DNA of 61,775 bases, filler included, from Choristocarpus tenellus KU-1152 (taxonomy: Eukaryota; Protista; Phaeophyceae), in assembly GCA_964200185.2 (NCBI GenBank). It is 11 parts of 11 records of this genome, joined end to end, with 100 filler letters (N's around TTAATTAATTAA, not from the genome) between each part and the next. Parts side by side here need not be neighbours in the genome. Positions count along the whole stretch, not along the records: positions 47,328 to 53,540 come from CAXNAD020008669.1; positions 53,641 to 57,661 come from CAXNAD020016631.1; positions 57,762 to 61,775 come from CAXNAD020016661.1; 8 more parts are not named here. The stretch is one strand, 5' to 3'. The translations under genes and the position numbers were made by a program. Of this stretch, positions 50,658 through 61,775 are shown in pieces (position 1 is the stretch's first letter; every line of letters starts with the position of its first letter). Below the pieces are notes generated by a model. The model was given only the letters and a program-made list of their open reading frames with translations. It was not told the DNA's origin and did no database searches.

Positions 50658-51779
50658 ATGATCATCATGTCCGCTCTCTCACCATTTCCGAGGACCTCAG
50701 GTCGCTTGGTATGTCGTTCGCAATGTCTACCTATTGGTTCTGAAAGCTTCCGGAGACTACCAGTGGCCAGTTGTGCTGGTATGAGGGGCCTCTCGAGTTC
50801 CTCGGTACCAGCCTCGACAGACACTTTTATGCAGGGAGCAAATAGGTCCGGTCCCCCCCCCCCCCGTTTTCAATCTCCAAAGCCAGTCTCCCACCTCTGC
50901 CCATCCCCCGAAGAGGACATTCATCGCTTTCAAACNNNNNNNNNNCCCCCCGTTTTCCATTTGCCAAGACAATTCTCCCACAGCTGCCATGCCTCTGAAG
51001 AGGATATTAATCTATTCAATACGACGAGAAACCTTGAGTTCTAAGAACGTGCACGTTGTCTCTCTGGTAAAGCGACACCCGTATGGCGGTTATCACCCCG
51101 TGACCATGGTCTTGTGATGAGGATTTGAGACAGCCATATTTTCCGAGAGTAGGCACCACTTAAGTGACCTTGCTTGCAAACTCCTACAAGAAGGCACCAG
51201 CCCCCCTGCAGGAAACTGTTTGCACAACAAAACCACCAGAGGTTGGTTGTTCTCTTCTGAAGAGGAGGGTTTATCCATCAGCCACAGTCGACAACATCAG
51301 AGTCCTGTCCCTATTGGTGATGGACTGGCAGGATTGGAAGACGATCCTTAGAGGCGCGTTTGCCCTGCAAGAGTTGATATAAAAATTCCTCTCCCCACCT
51401 TTCATTACATCTCTCCTTCAGTCACGCATGCCCATGTCTGGCATCAACGTCTACACATTCGCATGCAAGTCTATACATGGTAGCACTCCTAATCCTGCAT
51501 GTGTTTGTCCACCCTTCCTTTCCGTCCCCCCGCCCCCTGGTATGCCATGTGCGTTTTGCCCACGGAGCACCAAGTCTGTGTCGATTAATAACACTCAATG
51601 ATGCTCCCATAGTTTTCACCAGATCAATTTTTATACTGTCCATGCTTGTTCGACTTTTTTCTCCTGGCAGTGTTTACGTTGAGGAGATGTATCATGCTTG
51701 GAAACAGGACCCAACCAGTGTCCACAAGAGCTGGGACATTTATTTCAAGAACAGCGACGCAGGGGTGAACCCCGAACAG
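50658..51779 (+). CDS. OGDH: Mitochondrial 2-oxoglutarate dehydrogenase E1, 5' exons (50658/50667-50845, 51671-51779); rest beyond contig
   Basis: Arg/Ser-rich transit peptide, then DTFMQGANS|VYVEEMYHAWKQDPTSVHKSWDIYFKN, the conserved OGDH N-terminal motif. Phase-2 GT-AG intron. Confidence 0.9.
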
Positions 51780-52599
51780 GCGCGTAGCACACACAGCCCC
51801 TAATACCCCCTTCTCCCCTCACTATTCTTAACTGATGTGGGTGTCAGGGCTGGATGACTGGCTGTCTCCACATATCGCTGCAGTTTATTATTTATTAATA
51901 TTCCCTACCCCCCGCCCCCCTTCCCTGAGGTTCCCGCCTTTTCTTTTTCGCCGCGATTTTGGAAGGGGCGTGGTGGTGGTGTGAACATGCAGAAATAAGG
52001 TCGCCTGTTCATCTCCCCCACCATTGTGTATCGAAATTGGACGGGCTCGGAGAGAGATCATTGAGACTAAATTTTAACTTTCACGATGAGCGTATAGTTG
52101 AGGTAAAAAAATTTTGTATTTTTATTTCTACTGAACAGACTGTTTTTGCTCTGGGGTCCTGCTGCTGCCCTCTACTTCTAAGTATCTCGTTTGTGTATTT
52201 CTTTCTTTCTTTCTTTTATATTTATTTCTTTTATATTTATTTCCAGGTCAAGATCGTGCGTGTTCACATTTATTTGTTGCGCGGGAGATGCAGCATTTGT
52301 TGCCTGCACAAGTACATTTTTATTTTCTCGACTGTTCAATTCTTTACGGATTATTATTATTATTATTATTTTTGTTATTGTTTTGTACGTAATGTAGATA
52401 TACATGGATGCAAGGAGGGGAACTGCCGCTTGTGCATTGGTTGAAAAAAAAAATGCTGTTTTAAGATCAAGCGCCTTACTACTGTACTGGTTATTATTGT
52501 TATCACTTGTGTGTATTAATATTATAATAATAGTAACTGCTATTGTTGTTGTTGTGTGGGCAAGTTCTGTGTTGTGTGAGGTGATGAGAACCGCCAGTG

Positions 52600-52629
52600 T
52601 TAGGGTTAGGGTTAGGGTAAGGGTTAGGG
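52600..52629 (+). repeat. Short interstitial telomeric repeat (TTAGGG)5, probably within an OGDH intron
   Basis: TTAGGGTTAGGGTTAGGGTAAGGGTTAGGG. Confidence 0.9.
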
Positions 52630-52850
52630 AAGGGAAGTGAGAGATGATGGGGCCGAGGCATACTGGGCAATGGTTGATACCCTAAGAGTGGTATGTTCCT
52701 CAATTACCACCATGATTGGCTGCGACCAGTCAGGTAAGAGAACACAATCTCAGCCTTTGCTGGTTTGGATTCTCTTACTCTCTTATTCACCGTTCATGTC
52801 AGGGTCACTGCGAGCTGGTCGTGTGTGTGGCTCAAAAGCGTATCGCCTCG

Positions 52851-52867
52851 ACTGACCTCAACTGTAA

Positions 52868-52899
<32 letters not shown>

Positions 52900-53030
52900 T
52901 ATTAATGAATATCACTGACCTCCACTGTAAGATAGTAATAATAATAATAATAATAATATTAATGAATATCACTGACCTCAACTGTAAGATAGTAATAATA
53001 ATAATAATAATAATATTAATGAATATCACT
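52851..53030 (+). repeat. Compound minisatellite, ~60-bp unit x3 containing a variable (AAT)n
   Basis: ACTGACCTC.ACTGTAAGATAGT(AAT)nATTAATGAATATC x3. Confidence 0.9.
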
Positions 53031-53640
53031 GTCCGTGATGTCTTTTATCAATGTGTCAAGAGATCCCAAGTGGGACCTTGCCCCTGATAATATGATTATT
53101 TTTTTACTATTTGTGTAGTACTATTTTTGCTACTAATGTAATATTATTATTGTTAATATAGTACTACTGTTACTGTAGTATTATTATTGTTATTATTACT
53201 ATCATTAGTATTGGACAGGTACAATACAAAACCCCGATTTTCTCATTTTTTTATGTGCAATATATATACATAGCAGCAATATACGGCAAGCCTCAATGGA
53301 ACTAGGATGTTTTTTAAAAATATGTTTTTGTTTAAAAATCGGTGCTAGTCACTACCAATACTACAGTGCTGCACACCCATGAATAATTGTAGGAGGCTTG
53401 CCTTTTAAAGGACTAGTCAGTTGGAGGACATGGAACCATGCAAACATTTTTTTTTTTACCCGCTGGTGGGTGTTTGCTCTCTGATGGACCCAAAGTATTT
53501 GGGGGGGGGGGGGGGGGGGGAACAAAACACAAAAAAAAGANNNNNNNNNNNNNNNNNNNNNNNNNNNNNNNNNNNNNNNNNNNNTTAATTAATTAANNNN
53601 NNNNNNNNNNNNNNNNNNNNNNNNNNNNNNNNNNNNNNNN

Positions 53641-53698
53641 GGACATGAAAAATTGACCCCAAATGGACAGCCGCCACCCCCCCGAGATACTTTGAGTC
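53641..53698 (+). mobile_element. MITE family B 3' end (a B left end also occurs at 53487-53520)
   Basis: GACATGAAAAATTGACCCCAAATGGACAGCCGCCACCCCCCCGAGATACTTTGAGTC. Confidence 0.85.
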
Positions 53699-54477
53699 AG
53701 ACCCGATATAAGCTACAGGAAGCTGAAACGGGCAATAGTCTCATCATCGTCATACCAACAAAGTGGACCTGCACCTTCGGCAAAAATGGGAAGCTGGTGG
53801 CTAAGGAGAGATGGGATAGGGTACGATCGATAATGAGCAAGAACTGGAGGTCAAGGGTGATTGATACTTTGGGTACCTGGTATGCCATGCCAAACATTGA
53901 GCACTGGGACCCTGTGACAAGATGACAGAGAAAATCGAGGCGCAATGCAGCTTGAGCCATGAGCCCGAGCCTGAGCCACAATATTCTGCCTATGGACCTG
54001 GAGCAGTCGTCAACACACTTCTCCCTGAAGGAGGCATGCCCAACATTGGAGACCCCAAAATTCTTGCTTACAGAGTAAAAGCAAAAATAAAAACAATTGC
54101 TGTATCTGCCACAAGGGAGCAGGGTATCAGCAGGAGCTGTAACTTAGCCTGCACCAGAGGGGAAAAGAGCAGCGACATCTGAGGTGTTTGCTGCAATTGC
54201 ACACCTCCAAAACCCCCCACTCGCCTGTAAGAGGGCTAGAGTTAGGCCTCCAACTGTTGAGAGAGAAGGAGTCAAGCAACCAACCCTGGTAGAGTAAGGC
54301 GTTGCTCTTTTCAAGGTGTTTGCCACAATAGCAGACCTTGATGATTATCACAGGTTATCGGAAAATGAGCTGCCTGCACAAGACTTGTAAGCTTGGGGAA
54401 TAAATACTACCTACTTCAGACCATCAAGAACATCTTCTATATCAGAGGTAAATTGCACAGCCACTTCATCCAATTGA

Positions 54478-54743
54478 GAGTCACAATATCTTAGAGGGTA
54501 GAGCCGCGTCCGTTTGGGGGGCAAAATCCAATGTTGCGATTTTGATATTATTTTGGCTATTATGTTTATTTGGAAGTAGTGTCAATATCCTTGTTCCAGG
54601 CACATCTTTTCATAAGGTATACATTTTACTTACTCCGAAACAATTTCGGAGTAGGAAAATGTCTTTTAAAAAGAAACAGTGGGAAGTCGAGCCCCAAATG
54701 GACAAACATGGCAAAACTCGTACCCTCTAAGATACATTCACTC
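54478..54743 (-). mobile_element. MITE family A, full copy
   Basis: GAGTCACAATATCTTAGAGGGTA...TACCCTCTAAGATACATTCACTC. TSD probably TGAG with a 1-nt loss. Confidence 0.9.
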
Positions 54744-55919
54744 TGAGTGACCCTGGTTGGCAAGACTTGTCTTCATGCCTGCGCTAGCTTTTCCCATTCG
54801 CAGTGATCAACCTCCACAATATCTCCCACTGTATCTGCGGAGAGGAGCCTGGTAGGTGCTCGATTGCATACGGACAGACACCTAAATCAAACCATAACTG
54901 CCATGTTCTATATGCCACATTAGGAATAAGAAACTAACATCGGTTTTTTACCAATTACTACTTACCGTCCACTGGCGTTGCGTAAGCAAGATAACTCGTG
55001 GACTTAACAAGCGAGCTTGAGGTCTTGCAGGGTACAAAACACAAGAAATCCCTGCGATGCGCCAGGGGAATAATCCATAAGATGGACGAGGTTTTGGATG
55101 AAGCAAGAGATGCGAGAGCTAGGTGGATCGAGAAAGGTTGCCCACAAGACCAGGCGTTGGAAGGGGGAGAAAAATCTCCCGAATTCGAAACCAAGAACAT
55201 GTTGTGCACAGAAGTCTATCCCATTGTCGACTGCCACATCATACTGCGACCAGTAAAAGTTCAAGAGGCGGATGGTCCAATTTCTGACTGATACAAAACT
55301 AAAAACTCGTCCCGAAAAACTCTTAGGGACAGGAGTCCACCGTGCTCTGCGAAGTAAAGGGTATTGTAGATCTTGTGTTGTTTCGTTGCCGCAAAAGATT
55401 AGGGTCTGGGGCAGCAATTGATTCTGGAGAAAGGATAGTTCAAAAACATGAGCGACAAGAGCCTTGTCTATACGCTTACAAATTGATTCTTCATGTCCTT
55501 GAAGTCTCTGTTGACGATGTCGACGAGTCTGTCTGGGATCCCGTTTGAAATTTGATGTGTCAGCGTTAGTCTTGTTATATTCAAGAAAAAAAAAATCCAC
55601 TTGCCCCACCCCCTAATACAAAACCATTGTCCTATCAATACAAACTTACCTTCTGTCACATTTCCATTCTTTCAAATCCAAACATATGTCCACACAGAAG
55701 TGACTAAAGACTAAAACAAATCGAGGGGGGACAGATAGAGGCATTTAAAACCTGTGAAGGAGGTGAGTGATATGATGCCCCTAGCTGATTTCCTTGTTGG
55801 TGTTTCCTGTGCTTAGAATCCTACCTGGGTATGGAGAGCTTGCTGCCGTTGGCGTAACACCCCTTCTCGTTTCATTTCTCGTTCAATTCAGGTATCCATA
55901 CAAAGAGTCAGTTGCATGA

Positions 55920-57661
55920 ATGATGAAGCCCGATCGACCGAATAAGCGTGCTCGCACGGGCGGTGTCGTTGGGAAGTCCTCCAAAGGAATCGACAGTGAG
56001 GTGGAGAGTGTAGCATCCCAGCCAAGTCACGATAACGAGGAAGAAGGACAGGGCTGGGCTGTGGCCTCCAACGACAAGATTCTCACGGGCTCATCATCTT
56101 TGTCATTGAGAGGGGTGGTGGACTTAGAGCAGCCATCGCCCATCCAGAAGGAAGCCAACGAGATCCTTCGTGGACTGTGTGATAGAGCTTCCAATGAGGA
56201 GGTTGACGTAGTTGGTGAGGGAAGCAAGAGAAAGGGAAAGAGGAAGGTCGGGGAGGTAAAGCAAGAAGGAAACTCTCTGACAGAAACAGAAGCCCTAGAA
56301 AGGCTGTCCTACCAAGGGGTGCTGCTACTGTCCATGCTCAAGCCGGCGCTGCAGAATGCGCTGGATAGCCTCGGCCTAGACACTTCAGGTCTGAAGTCAG
56401 TTCTCCGAGTACGACTGGCAAGAGAAATTTGCAATCTTCTTATTTTAGGTGAAGCTGTTGAGGGAGGAATCGTTGGGATGCAGCCCCCTGGGTCAAATAA
56501 TACAACCAATGACCAGGTCGACGACACACAATGGTTCCCAGCTAAGACACGAACAGGTGGACTCTCCACATTCGTAATACCCAGACCTAGTAAGGAACCT
56601 GAGTCTACAACTTCGGCAAAGAGCGCACTGAAGTATGGAGGGTCGATCATGGAAGGGGGTGACACCGTCAGTTACAGTGGAGACCAGGTGGCTGACTGTG
56701 ACACTTTCAAGGGTGTACCCATCTCGAGCATGACCGTGGTGGTACTAACCAAACACCTGAAGGCGTTGGGGATAAGGACAACAGGGAAGCGGAAGGCTGA
56801 CCTGGTGCGCTGCCTCCAGGAGGTAATCAATGGTGACGAAGCGGCAAAGAAGAACAACGGAGATTCAGAGGCAACTGACACAACAGGTGGGGTTGGGATG
56901 GAAGGGGGTGTTGGCGATGGTAGTAACACCAAGACGAATGATGGAGATACTGAGGGAATCAAAGAGATCGTTGATGCTGGTGATGGTGTTGATGAGGGTG
57001 AGAGCACAGGAGAAGGCAGCATCCTCAACCAGTCCACCATCCACAAAGTCGTTTACAGTGGCACTGCTGTTTCTTCAATGACGACCAAACAAGTCCAAGA
57101 CCTCCTGCATGACCTGGACCTTCCCTACTTGCATGCATCGCCAGCTGAGCTTGCTACCCGCCTTACAACTGGCCTCATTCAACGCCGAGATGAGGCTCTC
57201 GCTACAGGCTTTGACAAAGCATGGTGTGGGCGACGTCTCAATGGAATGAGGAAGGCTGAAATGGAGCACACGCTCTCCACACTGGGTTTCAACATCACAG
57301 GGAATGTGAACACCCTACGGAGTAAGGTGAGGAAAGCAGTGATTGCCTGGGCAGACCAGGTGGTTGTTGACTCAGCCTGTGATGGTAAGGGTGGGGAAGC
57401 ATCGAAGACCGAAGGCATCGGGAATGTTGCAGGATCAGGGATTGGGGCTAGGGAAGATAGGATGGAGATGAGCAACAGTGATAACAGTCTTCCCAGACAG
57501 ACATCCTCGCCTGAAGAGAGAGTGCGTGTGACCCGGAGTGTGCAAGCCCAAGCTGAAGGGCAGGACACAATCAGTAGGGGCAGGGTCAGAGGCAGGATTA
57601 GGGGGAGGGGAGGGGATGATGAACCAATCCCAGTTGCCGCTGGCCCAGAATCGCCCACCCA
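55920..57661 (+). CDS. Protein with four SAP-like DNA-binding motifs (>580 aa, truncated by contig end)
   Basis: Long uninterrupted ORF with SAP-like units LSMLKPALQNALDSLGLDTSGLKSVLRVRL, ISSMTVVVLTKHLKALGIRTTGKRKADLVRCL, VSSMTTKQVQDLLHDLDLP...AELATRL (degenerate) and LNGMRKAEMEHTLSTLGFNITGNVNTLRSKV. Basic NLS-like segments. Confidence 0.75.
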
Positions 57662-57761
57662 NNNNNNNNNNNNNNNNNNNNNNNNNNNNNNNNNNNNNNN
57701 NNNNNTTAATTAATTAANNNNNNNNNNNNNNNNNNNNNNNNNNNNNNNNNNNNNNNNNNNN

Positions 57762-57924
57762 GGGGGGGGGGGAGGTCTATACCAGGGTGTCCATTCGTGC
57801 CCTTACCAGGAAAAGTGCACTTACAATATCCATCCGACGCATGGAACCAAATCACCCAAAAATCGTGACATGGAAAAATGGGCCCCAAATGGACAGCCGC
57901 CACCCCCCCCAGATACTTTGAGTC
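57762..57924 (+). mobile_element. MITE family B, nearly full (left end lost at contig start)
   Basis: Colinear with 12507-12684, ending CCCCAGATACTTTGAGTC. Confidence 0.9.
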
Positions 57925-59429
57925 ATCTACAGGCTGAAAGGAGCACAAAGAAACACACAACAGCTGGACACTGACTTCAGCCTTGCCTCCAACACCCAGC
58001 TCTTGTGTTAAAGCAAGTGGAGAGCAATATCATCGGAACTTTCATTTCTTCCATCCCAACAATACTCATACTATGTACCGTGATCTTGAAGTAGATAATC
58101 TTACCTACCCCCTGCAACGATTTATTTCACAATTCCACCCCATATCGTTGTTTCACTGCACCTATGAGATGCCCTTTCCAAAGCCCGGGCTCTCTCTACG
58201 ACTAAGGCCTCTCCATCCGATCCTATCAAGAGCGTTTCTGCAGCTGTTGTCTTATTCATTGCTTCCATGAATTCGCCCCCTGCTGTTGGTCCAGTTGCTT
58301 TGTCTGCTGCCAATGATGCTGTATTATACCTCTCTCCGGTCTCCTCTTTCTCCTTCCCATGACATGCCCTGTCCAACCCTGGCTTGTTTACCGTGTCTGG
58401 AACTTTGAGTCTGAGCACGGATTTGAGGGTGGGAGTGTATACATGCAGAATGAGATGTGCACAACATGAGAGGAATGTTCGAGAGAAGACTGTATTACTT
58501 ACAAGTATTACTTACATGGTACTGTGAACACAATAAAAAAAAATGAGGGAGGGGTGGAAAGGGGGGGGGGGGGAGTTTGGCCTAATTATTACATGTGGAT
58601 TCTACTTGGTCGGCAGTGATAGGCAAGTTGGGAAGTGACTTTTGAGGAGTTGACATGGTTGAAAGAGGCGGTTATCAGTGAAAGTGTTCTGATTCTCTCG
58701 AATCACTGCACACCGCTATTTGGGTCCTTCAAAACCTCTGTCTCGCCAGGTGATTAGAATGGCATTCATATTCCCCCACATCCCAGTCAAATTGGTATAC
58801 TCTGAAGTGGACGTTGCAGCGAATATCTCTTCTACTGTCACACTAGCTAGAGTACGTATTTTTTGTGTAGGCATTTGAGCACATATTTTGACACCTCATT
58901 CAAGCCCTTATCATATTTCTCAAGAAACCACGCCCAGTAGCATACTATGAGAACTTCTTGGGTTCCTGTATGTACTTGAAGTCTGAGTCGCCCAAAGTCA
59001 CTGGGAGAGGCAAGGTAATGACCTAAGTCTATAGAGTCTCATACAAGCATCTTCATTCTCAATATTATGTGTAGTTTTAATATTCCCATAGAAATTGAGC
59101 AAATTCTCAAGTACGATCTGTAGTCTCATTCTAGAGACCATCACTAAATCCCAAGTTTGTACTCTGAGAAAATCTGTACTTATTGAGTGGAGGACCTATT
59201 TTTGGTAGTATTAGTAGTGGTAGTATTAGTAGGATGTGTTACAGGGGAAAGCATTCGGAGTAGAAGGAGCCTTATTTATTGACTCCATTGCAATGGTCAT
59301 AATGGTGAGATGGTGTTAAACAGAAGTAACGCATAGCCCATCTTCAGTGAGACCTTTATCATTTGAGACCGTTAGTGTGATCTGCCTGATCGAAGATGTT
59401 ATAGAGTGGCAGTAGTAGTAGTAGTAGTA

Positions 59430-60634
59430 TTATTTGAATACTATAAATAAATATACACCAGAAATGATTACATGGAGTGCAGTGCAGTGTGTGGCTAGGT
59501 CAGTGTTGCCGAAGAGAACACCAGCTGGGATCGCTTTTCCCCCCTCCACTTCATCTACATAACATGGCAGGATATCCTCTTGCGCTCTAGGACAGGAACA
59601 TAATTCCATTCCCACAAACCACACCATAATGAAGCCACAAAAAGCGTACCAGTACAGACAAAATAGACTCACCCGTCTGCCCCTCAAACAGAAAATTACT
59701 CCACGCTGTCCTCTACAACCAAAGAAGTGTAGGCATCCTCTAAAGTTCTCTCACTATAGATGTACCTGGCCAGCAGGTAGTTTACAACAAGCTCATTCTT
59801 GGCAGCATCAATCAACTCCATTCTCCTCCCCTTCTCCTCCATCTTCTCCAGGGCACCTGTTGGCTCGAGATGGGCTATCTGACAAAAAAAAAATCGAAAA
59901 AGAACGGCAGAAGCAGAACAGCAGTGAACACAAGTCTGTCAAGGAATAAGTCAAGGGTGGTTGGATTGGTGAGGAGGAAGGTTTAGCTACAGTATTTGTA
60001 GTAGCAATGGTTATTCTAAGGGCAGCGGTGTGTCTTGCAACACCCCCTTTCCCCTCATATATCATCGTCACTATTAGTATCAATATTATCACTATTGCTC
60101 TTTGTTAATATACAAGTAGTGGTAATATCGCTCGTGGATGACAGCACCATTTCTGTTCCTTCATGCTCACACCTCCCATGATGACCCCCCAAAAATGACC
60201 ACAAGAAACCTCATTCGACTCCCTTTCAAAAACACAACCAATCCACCTCTAGTAGCGACTTCTTGGGCTACAAATCGTCTACTTCCTTCACATCACCACC
60301 CTTGGACGCCTACCCTTCTACCTAACTACTCATCCCTCACCGCATCTGAGGTGGATACAGGTATTTTTGCAATGTCAACAATAATAGCAGGGTACTGGTA
60401 CCCAAGCTCGTGCGATCGGGTTGACACAGTCAGCATCCCCCGCTGCCTGTTGTAGTGGATGGCAATGTCCAAGTTCTGCTTGCTTCGCCAGTAAAACTTG
60501 GTGCCCTGGATATGGTTTTTAGTTTTGTTTGGTGTGGATAAAGGTTTGGAGGGTAGGAAGGGGTGCGTTAGGAGCAACATTCGAGGCTGAAATACAGTCC
60601 TTGTGTATGTCATGCTTGAGACAACTGGATGCAA
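59430..60634 (-). mobile_element. Ty1/Copia remnant: RNase H C-terminus, PPT and start of 3' LTR
   Basis: Minus-strand RSKQNLDIAIHYNR...LGYQY...VDIAK resembles Copia RTKHIDIRYHFIRE...ADILTK. PPT GAGGGGAAAGGGGG (60056-60043) directly abuts TGTTGCA (LTR start at 60042). The distal LTR boundary is uncertain. Confidence 0.6.
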
Positions 60635-61689
60635 TTAGCCTATGTTAGGGCACATCGTGCGTCTTGATTACCAATGTTTTTGGGGGATTTGGGGGGACAG
60701 AAAACCAAGGAATGCTGTACAGCACCTCAGAACGGAAGGAGTGGGTGTGGGAGTAATATTGAGTGGGAATTAGGCTGAAGGGAAGGTGGAGGAGTAATAT
60801 TGTTTCATACATGGAATATGGAACTTCATGCTACACACCATCTATGTGAGGTTTTGTTACACCTCAAGAGGGATCTATGGGAAGAGGGACCTATCTGGTA
60901 AGGGGTCAAAGTGCAGGGGAGTTCTAGAAAGTTTTCTTGTAGAGAGGGAGAGAGGCGGGGGGGGGGTACCGAAGGCCTTGAGGTGGTCTGTCAACAACCA
61001 GATCCCAATGTACATACAACATCAGTGCATATATGTGTACATACTAGTCCTCTCATGGCACATCCACGTTAACATTACGTGCAAACTTTGCCATCAAAAG
61101 AGTAGTGCTGCCACTAGGAGAGCTATGCACGGTGAATGCCGGCGAGATTGATCAATATAGGGTCAACAACCTTAGCTCGCCTCATAAATCTTCTCGCCGA
61201 TTGGCACGGCGTGAAGGGTTGACCTACGGCGCTCTATGTTCTGTGCTGCTGCGGCAAGTCCGTCCTTGGTGTCACCATTGCCCAGCCTTGAAATGTGTGT
61301 GTGCAGAAAGTTCGTTCAAGGGAACGAATGGGTAGTTATCCCACAAGTTGGGAGGCTGGGTGACTGAGTAGGCAGTGGTAGGGAGAGAAAAGTGCCTTCC
61401 ATAGCCTAGTTCAGTGCGGGTGGTTTTGGTGATATATTAGCCCATGAAAATAGGTCATCGTCAGAAAGCAGGTGCAATCAAACCCTTCCTTGGTAACTGA
61501 CTGGTACGTGTCTGGTCAGGGCGCCTATTGGTTGTTCGGCAGACTCTTGTTGCAGCACAGATTTCGAAGAAAATAACTGTTGTATTGCAAGGGATGCTAC
61601 TCATTTCTTAGTTACTAGTATTGGACGGGCTCTGTGGTCTTTCCGGTCCTTCTATCACTCCTACTATAATGAAATGTGTGCTATGGTCA

Positions 61690-61775
61690 GATCCAAAGTA
61701 TCTTGGGGGGGGGGGGGGGGGGGGCGGCAAACAGGGCCGCCAAGGCCCCAAAAGGAGGGAAAATACGATCTACTC
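61690..61775 (+). mobile_element. MITE family B left end (window edge)
   Basis: GATCCAAAGTATCTT followed by a long G-run. Confidence 0.7.

Noticed and set aside
50855-51025. Diverged direct repeat across the 10-N gap at 50936-50945
   Set aside because: Looks like two low-quality versions of the same sequence after a C-run on either side of a scaffold gap, so probably an assembly artefact.
51959-53087. Hydrophobic Ile/Phe/Tyr-rich ORFs as membrane proteins
   Set aside because: Translations of AT-rich intronic microsatellites.
15254-54730. Recurring short ORFs ending ...PKWTNRAKLVPSKI or ...PQMDKQGKTRTL as a peptide family
   Set aside because: They are chance translations of MITE-A, with frames and stops differing between copies.
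54958-55609. Overlapping ORFs on both strands upstream of the SAP gene (possible divergent first exon with a GTAAGT donor at ~54965)
   Set aside because: Strand and frame cannot be decided and no domain is recognisable.
12390-57761. Recurring TTAATTAATTAA palindrome within N-runs as a biological motif
   Set aside because: It is an artificial six-frame-stop linker joining contigs. ORFs running through it are artefacts.
58700-59000. Gypsy integrase Zn-finger remnant (HTGTQE...YW...VSKYVLKC, minus strand)
   Set aside because: Suggestive only, with no DDE core recoverable by eye.

Overview
This is eukaryotic nuclear DNA, most likely from a brown alga or close stramenopile relative (inferred from the EsV-1-7 repeat remnant, intron-rich genes and TTAGGG telomere motif). 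It is not one locus. Eleven contig pieces are joined by ten artificial 100-bp N44-TTAATTAATTAA-N44 linkers, so neighbourhood across linkers is meaningless. Host genes recognised by splicing exons: a COX23-like twin-CX9C micro-protein missed by the ORF track, a KCTD-type BTB protein, a MAP kinase exon, a PHD-finger protein head-to-head with the 5' end of 2-oxoglutarate dehydrogenase E1, and a protein with four SAP-like motifs. There are also several hypothetical or pseudogenised multi-exon genes. Decayed mobile elements include a DIRS/Ngaro-type tyrosine-recombinase retroelement, a Ty3/Gypsy element, a Ty1/Copia remnant and a possible DNA-transposase remnant. Two sister MITE families (A ~260 bp, B ~180 bp, about 20 copies or fragments) share termini and 4-bp TSDs and look Sola-like. 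The most striking observation is that several MITE-A copies have their near-telomeric subterminal motif TTAGAGGGTA replaced by in-register (TTAGGG)n, with net gains of 4, 4, 10 and 16 nt (4+6n). This suggests recurrent telomerase-templated editing at transposon ends.
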